Shown here in pieces: positions 1-9,894 of a stretch of DNA of 64,000 nucleotides. Both the position numbers and the translations under genes were made by a program. Position 1 is the first letter of the stretch, and the number at the start of each line of letters is the position of its first letter. Source of the DNA: an uncultured Planctomycetota bacterium (GTDB lineage: Bacteria > Planctomycetota > Planctomycetia > Gemmatales > Gemmataceae). Below the pieces are notes generated by a model. That model had not been told where the DNA came from. It did not search any database and worked only from the letters and a program-made list of their open reading frames with translations. The stretch spans positions 480,001 through 544,000 of the forward strand of contig CAWKHF010000002.1 in the NCBI GenBank assembly GCA_963849325.1, written 5' to 3'.

Positions 1-3000
1 CCAGCAAAAGCCCGCGCTCGACCGTCGGCACCGTCACCGAGGTCTACGACTACCTGCGCATCCTCTACGCCCGCCTGGGCCAGCCGTACTGCCCGGCCTG
101 CCACATCCCCATCGGCACGCAGACGGCCGACGAGATCATCGAGCAAGATCCTGTCCCTGCCCGAAGGGACGCAAGCTGTACCTGATGGCCCCGCTGGAGC
201 GGCGCGGGCAGGAGAAGTACGAGGCGCTGTTCGACGAGGTCCGCCGCAGCGGCTTCGTCCGCATGCGCGTCGATGGCCAGCTCGTACAACGTCGAGGAGC
301 CGCCGGCCATCGACCACCGCCGCAAGCACCACGTCGAGGTCGTGGTCGATCGCGTCGTGGTGCGCGGCCAACCAGCGGACGCGCATCGCCGATGCCGTGG
401 AGGCGTGCCTCGACCTGGGCCGCGGCGTCCTGCACGTCGCCCATGTCGAGGACGGCAAGCCCGAGCCGGACTGGCGCGTCGAGCGCTACAGCCAGCACTT
501 CGCCTGCGACCGCTGCGGCCGCAGCTTCGAGCCGCTCAACCCGCATCATTTTTCGTTCAACAGCCCGCTCGGCTGGTGTCCGACGTGCGAGGGGCTGGGC
601 GTGCAGCAGGGCGCCAACCCTGCCCTGCTCATCCGCGATCCGCGCCGCTCGCTGCGCGACGGCGCCCTGGCCGCCTGGCCCGACCTGACGCGAAGCCAGC
701 TCCTTCCTGCGCTTCGCCGAGGCGCTGGCGCGGCACGCCGGCTTCTCGCTGGACACGCCGTTCGAGGAGCTGACGCCGGCCCAGCAGCACGCCATCCTGC
801 ACGGCACCGGCGAGGCGTGGATCGCGCTCGACTCGCGCCGCGACGAGGAAGGACGCGACAGACACCGCGACGGCGTCCGCTTCCAGTACAAGGGACTGTT
901 CCCGGCCATCGACGAGGCGGCGCGCGTCAGCCCCGCCTACCGCCAGCGGCTCGACCACCTGGTCAGCGAGGTCGCCTGCTCGCACCTGCCGCGGCTCGCG
1001 GCTGCGCGACGATGCCGCCGCCTGCCGTCTGCCTTCGGGGCCGACCGCCCTGCCCTGACGCCGGGCGAACTGTGCGCCCTGCCGCTCGGCGAAACGCTCG
1101 CTCTGTTCAAGACGCTGCAACTGACGACGGCCCAGCAGCAGGTGGCCGGCGAACTGCTGCGCGAGGTCCGCAACCGCCTGCAATTCCTGGTCGATGTCGG
1201 CCTCGATTACCTGACGCTGTCGCCGGCCGGCGCCGACGCTGTCCGGCGGCGAGTCGCAGCGCATCCGCCTGGCCAGCCAGATCGGCAGCGGCCTGACCGG
1301 CGTGCTGTACGTGCTCGACGAGCCGACCATCGGCCTGCACCCGCGCGACAATCGCCGGCTGCTCACGGCCCTGCACCACCTGCGCGACCTGGGCAACACG
1401 CTGGTCCTGGTCGAACACGACCGCGAGGTGATCGGCGCGGCCGACTACCTGCTCGACTTCGGCCCCGGCGCCGGCGACCGCGGCGGCGACATCACCGCTC
1501 GCGGCACCGCCAAGCAGGTGCTGCGCAGCAAGGCGTCGCTGACCGGACAATATCTCTCCGGCAAGAAGTCGATCCCCGTGCCGACCAATCGGCGACTACG
1601 AAGCGATGGTTCCGCGGATCGCGCTCTTCCCTGCCACCTCGTCAGCCGTGTCACCTTGTCGCCTTGTCACGGTCAAGGGGCGCGCGGCAGAACAACCTGC
1701 AAAACATCGACGTGGCCTTTCCGCTCGGCGCGTTCGTCGCCGTCACCGGCGTCAGCGGCTCGGGCAAAAGTCTCGCTGGTCAACGAGGTGCTGTACCACG
1801 ACGCTGGCCCGCCGGCTGCACCGCGCCCGCACCGCCGGCGGCGGCCCACGACGACATCCTCGGCCTGGAGCAGATCGACAAGGTCATCAACGTCGATCAG
1901 GATCCCATCGGCAACACGCCGTCGTCGAACCCGGCCACCTACACCGGCGTCTTCGACCTGATCCGCCAGCTGTTCGCCCAGCTGCCCGAGTCGAAGGTGC
2001 GCGGCTACCAGCCGCAGCGCTTCAGCTTCAACAAGCCGGGCGGCCGCTGCGAGGCGTGCGAGGGCAACGGCCAGAAGAAGATCGAGATGCACTTCCTGCC
2101 CGACGTGTGGGTCGAGTGCGACGTCTGCCACGGCCAGCGCTACAACCCCGAGACGCTGGCCGTGCGCTACAAGGGCCATTCCATCGCCGACGTGCTGACG
2201 CATGCGCGTCCACGAGGCCCTGGAACTGTTCGGCAACATGCCCGAAGATCCGCCGTGTCCTGCAAACGCTGGCCGACGTGGGCCTCGATTACCTGTCGCT
2301 GGGCCAGGCCGCGCCGACGCTGTCCGGCGGCGAGGCCCAGCGCGTCAAGCTGGCCGCCGAGCTGGCCCGGCCCAGCACCGGCCGGACGCTCTACATCCTC
2401 GACGAGCCGACGACCGGCCTGCACTTCGACGACATCCACAAGCTGCTCGAAGTGCTCAATCGCCTGGTGGACCTGGGCAACACGGTCATCGTGGTCGAGC
2501 ACAACCTGGACGTCATCAAGACGGCCGACTGGGTCATCGACCTCGGCCCGGAGGCCGGCTCCGGCCGGCGGCCGCGTCGTCGTCGCAGGGCACGCCGGAG
2601 GAAGTGGCCGCAGGCGTCCGCCGGCTCAGTCACACCGGCGCCGCCCTGGCCCCGGTGCTGGAGGCCGGGCCGCACGTCGAGCGGCCGCGCTACGACCCGA
2701 ACGCCGCCGAGGCGCCGCAGGCCGGACGACGTGGAACTGGAGGCGGTCGGCAAGGACGCGGCCATGCCGTGGGAGACGGACGGCCGGCGCTGGCACACCG
2801 TCGAGCGCGTCACCAACGAGGGCAAGCCGTGCCGCTGGGAGGGCCACATCCTCGACTGGATCGACGAGCGCATCCACGAGCTGGGCGACTTCGGCGACGA
2901 CGGACTGGAACCAGCGCAGCGTGGTCGAGATCGCCGCGCCCGACGCGGACGCCAGGGCTGGTTCCTGCACGCCATGACCGGCCAGGAATGGCTGCTGCGG

Positions 3001-3712
3001 CTGGTCTTCCGCGTCGAGAAGAACGCCTTCAAGGACGCCGATCTGGTGCGCCGCCTGGGCATCCGGCCGCTGAACGAGACGCCGGGCCTGGAGGTCTACG
3101 GCAACGAGCGAGCGCGTCTGGGTGACGAACCACAAGGGGCCGTGGCAGTCGGTGACGGTGCTGGCGCATCGGCTGAGCGAGATCGACACGCCGGCCTTCC
3201 GCGCCTTCTCGGCCGAGGCGGCCGCGTCGTTCCACGACAACCTGCAAGCGGCTGCAGACGAAGCCGGAAGACGTGATGCCGTGGAAGGTCAACGGCGAGC
3301 GCTGGCACCTGGGCGACAAGGGCTTCCCGCCCGGCAAGAAGGTGCGCTGGGACCGGGCGCTGTTGCCGCGGCTGCTGCAACTGGTGCGCGAGGTCGAGCC
3401 GGGCCTGCGAAGTGCGCTGGGACGCGCGCGACGCCATCACGCTGCGCGTGCCCGGCGTCAGCCGGGCCTGGGCGCAGTGGCGGACCAAGAAAGCGGCGTC
3501 CTGGACTGCCATTTCCTCGGCAAGAAGGGGCAGTTCAACCTGAGCCAGATCGAGGATCTCGGCATGGCGCCGAACATCGGCACCAGCGCAAGGACGGCGA
3601 TCTGCTGTATCTGCATTTCCAGAAGATGGATCCGGGGCAGGCGGCGCGGTTGAAGGAGTTGCTGGCGGAACACCTGCGCGGCTTCCGAGAAGTGTTTGCG
3701 AAATCTCCCTGA
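1..3712 (+). CDS. uvrA: Excinuclease ABC subunit A, 5'-truncated by window edge, frameshifted, with C-terminal extension
   Basis: Joined frames give [119 protein letters not shown]; stop TGA at 3710-3712. Confidence 0.95.
1633..1670. repeat. Degenerate tandem octamer (CCTTGTCA-like) inside the uvrA inter-domain linker
   Basis: gccacctcgtcagccgtgtcaccttgtcgccttgtcac. Confidence 0.45.
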
Positions 3713-3744
3713 CGATATGGTCTCGGGAGGCGGGCGAATGGTCC

Positions 3745-4720
3745 TTACTTCGGCAAGGACCACACACGCAACGTCGCGTCATCGCCGGAGGAAACAGCCT
3801 GTGTACCGTCCGGCGCGAACGCCGCCGTCCACAGCGGTTGCCGATGCCCCTTGAAACATTCGAGCTGCCGCCCGGTGCGGACGTTCCAGATCCGCAGGGT
3901 CAGGTCGAAGCCGGCCGACAAGCGCACCGCCCATCCGGCGCGAAGGCGACGCTCCATATCGAATTGGTGTGTCCCACGAACGTGCGGACTTGCCGGCCGC
4001 TGTCGATGTCCCACAGGCGCATCGTCCGGTCCCAGCTGCCGGTCAGCAGGGATTGCCCGTCCGGCGAGACGGCCACGCTGACGAGGCCTTGCTGGTGGCC
4101 GGTGAAAACGCGGACACGCCGTCCGGTGCTCAGATCCCACAGACAGGCCGTGCCATCCGCACTGCCGGAGACCGCATGGCCCCCCGCCGGACAGAACGCC
4201 ACGCTGTAAACGCGGTCGGCGTGTCCTGCCAAGCGGCGCAGCTCTCGGCCGGTTCGAACGTCCCACAATCGCACCGTGCGATCATCGCCGCCCGTCAAGA
4301 CGTGTCGCCCATCCCGCGACAAGGCGACCGCATTCACGTCGCCGGCGTGCCCCTCGAAACGACGTACCTCCAGCCCGCGTAGCACGTCCCACAGCCGCAC
4401 CGTCCGATCGTAGCTGGCCGACAGTGCCTGCGAACCATCGGCGTTGAACACCACGCAGCGCACCAGCGACGTATGACCCCGCAACTGCAGCAGCTCCTGA
4501 CCCGTGGTCACGCTCCACAGTCGGATTGTTCGGTCCTGACTGCCGGACAGGACATGCCGGCCATTCGGTGAAAAGACCACCGACATCACTCGTTCGGTGT
4601 GCCCTTTCATTTCCCGCAGGGGATCGCCCCTTGGGGCCGGGCGGGTGGCAGGCGGTGCATCCCCGCCTCCGAGCGCCGCAAGAGTTACCGCGAGCAACAG
4701 GCATAGGGATGCGAACGCTT
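3745..4720 (-). CDS. WD40-repeat protein (one frameshift near 3930; start uncertain)
   Basis: About 7 GH...S.D.T.RLWD repeats (GHTERVMSVVFSPNG, GHTSLVRCVVF, GHAGDVNAVALS, GHRQPLWTAAFAPDG) after a hydrophobic N-terminal stretch. Confidence 0.85.
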
Positions 4721-4743
4721 GTCCTTGGAAAAATCCGTCCCTG

Positions 4744-4770
4744 GTATGACGAATTGCGAAATCGTATGAT
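4744..4770 (+). promoter_or_regulatory. Candidate NikR-type operator
   Basis: GTATGACGAATTGCGAAATCGTATGAT; left arm matches the E. coli nikA operator arm GTATGACGAAT, inner ACGA/TCGT inverted pair; 45 bp upstream of Ni/Co uptake genes. Confidence 0.55.
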
Positions 4771-4815
4771 GACGCTGGCAGCGGGGCAGCGACAACGGGA
4801 AAAAGGGAGACGAAC

Positions 4816-5602
4816 ATGCGGTTGGCGGTAAGCTCGGCGCTGGCGTGGCTCGGTCTGTTCGCCGGTTCGGCCGCGGCACATTTCCACATGCTGTTGCCTC
4901 AAACCGCCACGGCGAAGAAGGGCGAAATCGTCGTTTTCACCTACCAATGGGGCCATCCCTTCGAGCATCAACTGTTCGACGCTCCCCAACCCCTGAGCCT
5001 AACCGTTCGCGCCCCGATGGCAAGAAAAGCCGATTTGACGGATCATTTGCAGAAGGCCAAGCGTCAGTCGGGGTCGAAGGAGGTGGTGGTCTATCAGTTG
5101 CGTTTCCATCCCGACCAGCGCGGCGATTACGGGTTCGTGCTCCAGACGCCGCCGATCTGGATGGAGGAGGACGGCGAGTATCTGCAAGACACGGTCAAAG
5201 TGGTGCTGCACGTCCAGGCGCAGAAAGGCTGGGACGCCGCGGAGCGGAAGGATTTCGATTTTATGCCGCTGACGCGGCCTTACGGACTGCGGCCGGGCAT
5301 GGTTTTTCAGGCCCAACTTCAGGGACAGGAGAAGGAACGCGGCGGCGTGTCGGATTCCCTTGTGGAAATCGAGCACTACAATCCCCGCCCTCCCGCGAAA
5401 CTGCCGCCGGACGAGCACATCACGCCGCACGGTCAAGACCGACCCCAACGGCATCGTGACGACGACACTGACGGAGGCGGGCTGGTGGTGCCTGACTGCC
5501 GCCCGTCCGGCAGGTCAGCGGATGCGCGACGGCAAGAGTTATCCGGTGCGGCAGCGCTGCACCTTGTGGGTCTTCGTGGACGAACCGGCGCGGAGCGAGT
5601 GA
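4816..5602 (+). CDS. DUF4198-type exported Ni/Co uptake-associated protein (frameshift near 5428)
   Basis: Signal peptide ending AAA-HFHMLLP, WGHPFE, PLTRPYGL, VKTDPNG motifs; RBS GGGAGA; directly upstream of CbiM/NikM. Confidence 0.85.
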
Positions 5603-5615
5603 GCCGAGGGACGAC

Positions 5616-6906
5616 ATGGGTACGATGCCGATTTCCTTGTCGCTGCCCTGGGCGATGCACATCTCCGACGGGGTGCTGAGCGTTCCCTGGTTGGTCGGCG
5701 GTTTCGTGCTCTCGGGGTTGCTCGTCCTGCTGGCCGCGTACCGCGTGCGCGACGAGGAGGTTCCCCGCATCGCCCTGCTCAGCGCGGCGTTCTTTGTCGC
5801 CTCGCTTCTGCACATCCGCCTGGGACCGACGAGCGTACACTTGCTGCTCAATGGCCTGGTCGGCGTCGTGCTCGGCCGACGGGCGCCGCTCGCCATCCTG
5901 ATCGGCCTCGGTCCTGCAAGCGGTGCTCCTGGGCCACGGCGGGTTCACGACCATCGGCGTCAACGCCGCGATTCAGACACTGCCCGCGCTGCTCGCCGGA
6001 TGGATGTATGCCGTGCTGTCCCATCTGCCCTGGATACGGCGGGCGAAGACCTCTCTCCTCTGGCCGCTCGGCTGCGTCATCGGCATGACCTCCGTGCTGG
6101 CGACATTGCTTCTGGCCGCCGTTGTCTTGCTGTGGGGCGGCGCGGAGGACTGGCATCAAATTGTTTGGCTGGTGTTTTACGCTCATTTACCCATCGTCGG
6201 AATCGAGGGCGTCGTGCTCGGCTTCACGGTCAGCTTTCTGGCACGGGTGAAACCGGACATGCTCGACAGGAGGGTGGAGGGTGGAGGGTGGAGGGTGGAG
6301 GGTGAAGTGGTCCCTCCACCCTCCACCCTCCACCCTCCACCTCTGCTGCTGCTGGCCATACTCAGCACCCTACTCGCCGCCAATCCCGCGCAGGCGCATC
6401 GTCTCGATGCCGGCTATTTCGTGTTGCCCGATCGCCAGGTGCGCATCGAAAGTTGGTTCGATCTGGGCGGTATCCCTCATGGGGCGAAAGTCCAGGTGTT
6501 TCGGCCCAGTCGGGAGTTGCTCGCGGAAGGCCAGCTCGACGCGAACGGCTACTTCGTTTTTCATTTCACCGAGGCCGAGCCGCTGGAGGTGATCGTTTCG
6601 GCCGGCGCGGGACATCGCAAAACTTTTGTCATCCCACGAGAGGAGCTTGAACAAACCCACGACCCGACGGTCACTCCCGAGGCCGTGCCCGCAGGTGGAG
6701 CAAAGGAGTCCTTCCGTCCGGCAGGCTCGGAGGCGGCGTGGCGCGAGCGGAGCAAGGACGCTTTACTCGGTATCACCTTTTTGTTGGCGCTGGCGGCGTT
6801 CGTCCTCGGCTGGCGCAATGGCCGTAAACTAAAATCCATTCGGCAGACTGACGATCCGGAACCGATGGATCGTCCCACCGAACAACCTTCACCCCCCCTG
6901 CCCTAA
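5616..6906 (+). CDS. CbiM/NikM ECF S-component fused to a NikL/CbiL-like domain (frameshift near 5910)
   Basis: MHISDG metal-binding motif at 5655, AAFFVASLLHI, SVHLLLNGLVG, GHGGFTTIGVN; second module with signal-like AQAHRL, SAGAGH and a C-terminal TM helix. Confidence 0.85.
6269..6342. repeat. Heptamer tandem inverted-repeat hairpin (GGAGGGT)n...(ACCCTCC)n inside CDS
   Basis: 5 x GGAGGGT, short spacer, about 4 x CCCTCCA. Confidence 0.9.
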
Positions 6907-6918
6907 GAGCAAGTCCCT

Positions 6919-6983
6919 GTTTCGCCGCGCCGCGCAGCGGAGCGCGGGGTGCTCTCGCGCTCCGCTGCGCGGCGCGGCTAAAC
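6919..6983. repeat. REP-like palindrome family A
   Basis: GCCGCGCCGCGCAGCGGAGCGCG...CGCGCTCCGCTGCGCGGCGCGGCTAAAC; sister copies at 15923 and 55546. Confidence 0.9.
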
Positions 6984-7101
6984 GAGAAGGATGTGGTTGG
7001 ATAAGCGCAAACTCTTACTTGTATCTGGCGCGGCTTGCGGTAATCTCAAGGAGCGCCCGCCAGGGGACGACCAACTGTTTCCAGCCATCGAGAGGACCGC
7101 C

Positions 7102-8433
7102 ATGAGTCAACACCATCGCGGGATCACCCGCCGCCACTTCGTCCAAGGGGCCGCTGCCACGGCCCTGTCCCTCCCGCTCATCAAGCCCGCCTCCGCCCTC
7201 GCCGCGGACAAGAAGGAGACTCCTCCCAGCGAACGCATCACGCTGGGGTTCATCGGCGTCGGCACCCAGAATCGCGGTCATCTCGGCCATTTCCTCGGCC
7301 AGGGCGACGTGCAGATTGTCGCCGTCTGCGACGTGGACACCACCCGGCGCGAGGACGCGCAGAAGACCGTGGAAAAGCGCTACGCCGACAGGCAGAAGAG
7401 TGGCCAGTACAAGGGCTGCGAAGGCTACAATGACTTCCGCGAGCTGCTGGCGCGCAAGGACATCGACGCCGTGGTCATCGCCACGCCGGACCACTGGCAC
7501 GCCATCCCCGCCATCGAAGCGTGCAAGGCCGGCATGGATGTCTACTGTGAAAAGCCGCTGTCGCTGACCATTCACGAGGCGAAGACCATGCGCGATGCCG
7601 CGCGCAAATACGAGCGTGTCTTCCAGACCGGCAGTCAGCAGCGTTCGAGCAAGGAGTTTCGCCTGGCCTGCCAACTGGTGCGCAGCGGGCGTATCGGCAC
7701 GTTGAAAGCCGTCTACGTCAACGTCGGCGGTCCCAGCCGACCCTGCGATCTGCCCGAGGAGAAGGCGGAACCCGGCCTCGACTGGGACCGCTGGCTGGGG
7801 CCGGCGCCGATGCGGCCGTACAACTCGGTCCTCAGCCCGCGCGGCGTTCACAAGCACTTCCCCAACTGGCGCAACTACCGCGAATACTCCGGCGGCATGA
7901 TGACCGACTGGGGAGCACATCACTTCGACATCGCCCAGTGGGGACTCGGCATGGACGGCAGCGGTCCCGTCGAGATCATCCCACCGGACGATCCCAAGGC
8001 GCAGAAGGGCCTCAAGTACGTCTACGATAATGGCGTCGTGGTCCTCCATGCCGAGCAGTACGAACCGGGCAAGAAGGTGAACGGTCTCGCCTTCGTCGGC
8101 AGCGAGGGCAAGGTATTCGTCAACCGCGGCTACCTCGCCAGTGATCCGGCCGACATTATCAAGCAACCGCTTGGCGTCCACGACGTCCGGCTGTACCAAT
8201 CGCCGGGCCACCAGCGCAACTGGATTGAGTGCGTCCGCGCGCGTCGCCGGCCCATCGCCGACGTGGAGATCGGCGCCCGCTCGGTGACGGTCTGCCACCT
8301 GGGCAACCTGGCATACTGGAACCATCGCAAGCTGCGCTGGGATCCGCAGCACTGGCAGTTCGTTGGCGATGTCGAGGCCAACAAGTGGCTCGACCGCGAA
8401 CACCGCGATCCCTGGAAACTGCCAGCGATCTGA
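7102..8433 (+). CDS. Gfo/Idh/MocA family oxidoreductase with Tat signal
   Basis: TRRHFV Tat motif, GFIGVG, ATPDHWH, YCEKP, TDWGAHHFDIAQW. Confidence 0.95.
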   Translation: MSQHHRGITRRHFVQGAAATALSLPLIKPASALAADKKETPPSERITLGFIGVGTQNRGHLGHFLGQGDVQIVAVCDVDTTRREDAQKTVEKRYADRQKSGQYKGCEGYNDFRELLARKDIDAVVIATPDHWHAIPAIEACKAGMDVYCEKPLSLTIHEAKTMRDAARKYERVFQTGSQQRSSKEFRLACQLVRSGRIGTLKAVYVNVGGPSRPCDLPEEKAEPGLDWDRWLGPAPMRPYNSVLSPRGVHKHFPNWRNYREYSGGMMTDWGAHHFDIAQWGLGMDGSGPVEIIPPDDPKAQKGLKYVYDNGVVVLHAEQYEPGKKVNGLAFVGSEGKVFVNRGYLASDPADIIKQPLGVHDVRLYQSPGHQRNWIECVRARRRPIADVEIGARSVTVCHLGNLAYWNHRKLRWDPQHWQFVGDVEANKWLDREHRDPWKLPAI

Positions 8434-8483
8434 ACGACTGTTCTCACCGACCGACCGCACCCAAGCAAAGGAGCGAAACAATC

Positions 8484-8585
8484 ATGGCCCGTTCCAGTCC
8501 GAAGACGATGCGCAAGCGCCGGCGCATCCGCAACAAACGACTGCGACATCTGAAGCCGACAAGAAAGGGATGGAAAATCTTGTGA
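8484..8585 (+). CDS. 33-aa highly basic small protein
   Basis: AAGGAG RBS then MARSSPKTMRKRRRIRNKRLRHLKPTRKGWKIL*, followed by hairpins. Confidence 0.6.
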   Translation: MARSSPKTMRKRRRIRNKRLRHLKPTRKGWKIL

Positions 8586-8627
8586 ACCGCCGGGGTGGCC
8601 GTCAGGTCTCCCCGGCTCGGAGTGATG

Positions 8628-8663
8628 GAACCAAGCCGGTGACGACGGTCACCGGCTTGGTTC
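8628..8663. terminator. Perfect stem-loop, probable terminator
   Basis: GAACCAAGCCGGTGAC-GACG-GTCACCGGCTTGGTTC followed by GTTT. Confidence 0.7.
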
Positions 8664-8704
8664 GTTTCCGGGACGGACGGCCGCAAGTCGCTCGTCTGGC
8701 GGCG

Positions 8705-8733
8705 TTGACAAGAAGGTCGATCGGTGGTAATTT
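8705..8733 (+). promoter_or_regulatory. Sigma70-type promoter of rnc
   Basis: TTGACA-N17-TAATTT with TG extended -10. Confidence 0.75.
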
Positions 8734-8769
8734 CGAGTCAAGCTCGCATTTATTCTGGCGATAGAGACC

Positions 8770-9504
8770 ATGCCGCAGGATTTGACGACTAACCACGAAA
8801 CCGAGATTCTGGACGAGTGCCAGAAGGCCATCGGTTATCAGTTTCGCCAGCCAGAGTTGCTCCGCGCTTCCCTCACGCACGCCTCGGGAGCCAATACGCG
8901 CCTAGCGTCCAATGAGCGCATGGAGTTCCTCGGCGACTCGGTGCTTGGCCTGGTAACCTGCGAGCAGCTGTATCTGCGATTCCCCGACTATCAGGAAGGC
9001 GACCTGACCAAGATCAAGTCGGTGGTGGTCAGCCGCCGTACCTGCGCACGTTTCAGCAAGGTTCTGGACCTGGGAGCGTTCATCTTCCTGGGCAAAGGCA
9101 TGAACCACCTGCACTCGTCGGCGGTGCCGTCGAGCATGTTGGCCGACGTGTACGAATCGCTGGTGGCGGCGATCTATCTCGACGGCGGCCTGGAGGCGGC
9201 ACGGACGTTCATCCTCAAGCAGCTCGGACCCGAGATCGAGGAAGTGGCCGAGAGCGCTCACGGCGGCAACTTCAAGTCGTTGTTGCAGCAGGTGGCCCAG
9301 CGCGAGTTCAACGCCACGCCGCTATACGTCCTTCTCGACGAGAAGGGTCCCGATCACGGCAAATGCTTCAAGATCGCCGCCGTCATCGGCCGGCACACCT
9401 ACGCCGGTGCCTGGGGCCGCAACAAGAAGGAAGCCGAGCAGCGAGCCGCCATGAACGCGCTGGCCCAGGTCAACGGCGATCCCCTGCCGTACGAGCACGA
9501 TTAG
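8770..9504 (+). CDS. rnc: Ribonuclease III
   Basis: SNERMEFLGDSVLG signature, LADVYESLVAAIYLDGG, dsRBD NFKSLLQ...GRNKKEAEQRAA. Confidence 0.98.
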   Translation: MPQDLTTNHETEILDECQKAIGYQFRQPELLRASLTHASGANTRLASNERMEFLGDSVLGLVTCEQLYLRFPDYQEGDLTKIKSVVVSRRTCARFSKVLDLGAFIFLGKGMNHLHSSAVPSSMLADVYESLVAAIYLDGGLEAARTFILKQLGPEIEEVAESAHGGNFKSLLQQVAQREFNATPLYVLLDEKGPDHGKCFKIAAVIGRHTYAGAWGRNKKEAEQRAAMNALAQVNGDPLPYEHD

Positions 9505-9516
9505 GGCTGCTCCACC

Positions 9517-9813
9517 ATGCCCATGCCCTCCTACCCCGTTCGCTGCTCCACCTCCGGCTGTTTGGAATTGGCCGTCTACAAGATCGCCGCGCGCTGGAGC
9601 GACGGCGCAACCGAGGAGCTGAAGACCTATGCTTTGAGCTGCTCGACGTGCCTGGCCGCTTCGTTCCGCCACAGTCGCCTCAAGCAAGCGGCCTGTCGTC
9701 TCGCTCCCGGTGAGACGCTGGACACGCCGGGCATTTACGAACTCGTTCGCGGACGCCGTGATCCGCAGCTCGTGCGCCGCCCCGACCTCGAACAGCCATT
9801 GCTATCCGAATGA
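9517..9813 (+). CDS. Small hypothetical protein with four Cys (possible zinc ribbon)
   Basis: CSTSGC...AVYKIAARWSDG...ELKTY...CSTC; 12 bp after rnc. Confidence 0.75.
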   Translation: MPMPSYPVRCSTSGCLELAVYKIAARWSDGATEELKTYALSCSTCLAASFRHSRLKQAACRLAPGETLDTPGIYELVRGRRDPQLVRRPDLEQPLLSE

Positions 9814-9819
9814 ATCATC

Positions 9820-9871
9820 AGCCCGGAGCACGAGCGACGGGTGGAAACATCCGTCGCTCGCGCTCCGGGCT
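9820..9871. repeat. REP-like palindrome family B
   Basis: AGCCCGGAGCACGAGCGACGG...CCGTCGCTCGCGCTCCGGGCT; sisters at 14125 and 52708. Confidence 0.85.
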
Positions 9872-9894
9872 TATCGGCAAACCTTCGTACTTTC

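Noticed and set aside
1-3712. uvrA, sdhA/B and RND permease as pseudogenes or programmed frameshifts
   Set aside because: Motifs are intact across shifts and indels are scattered without a consistent slippery signal; sequencing error is simpler
4720-4815. Cobalamin or NiCo riboswitch upstream of the CbiM-like operon
   Set aside because: Spacer is too short and lacks B12-box features; an operator fits better
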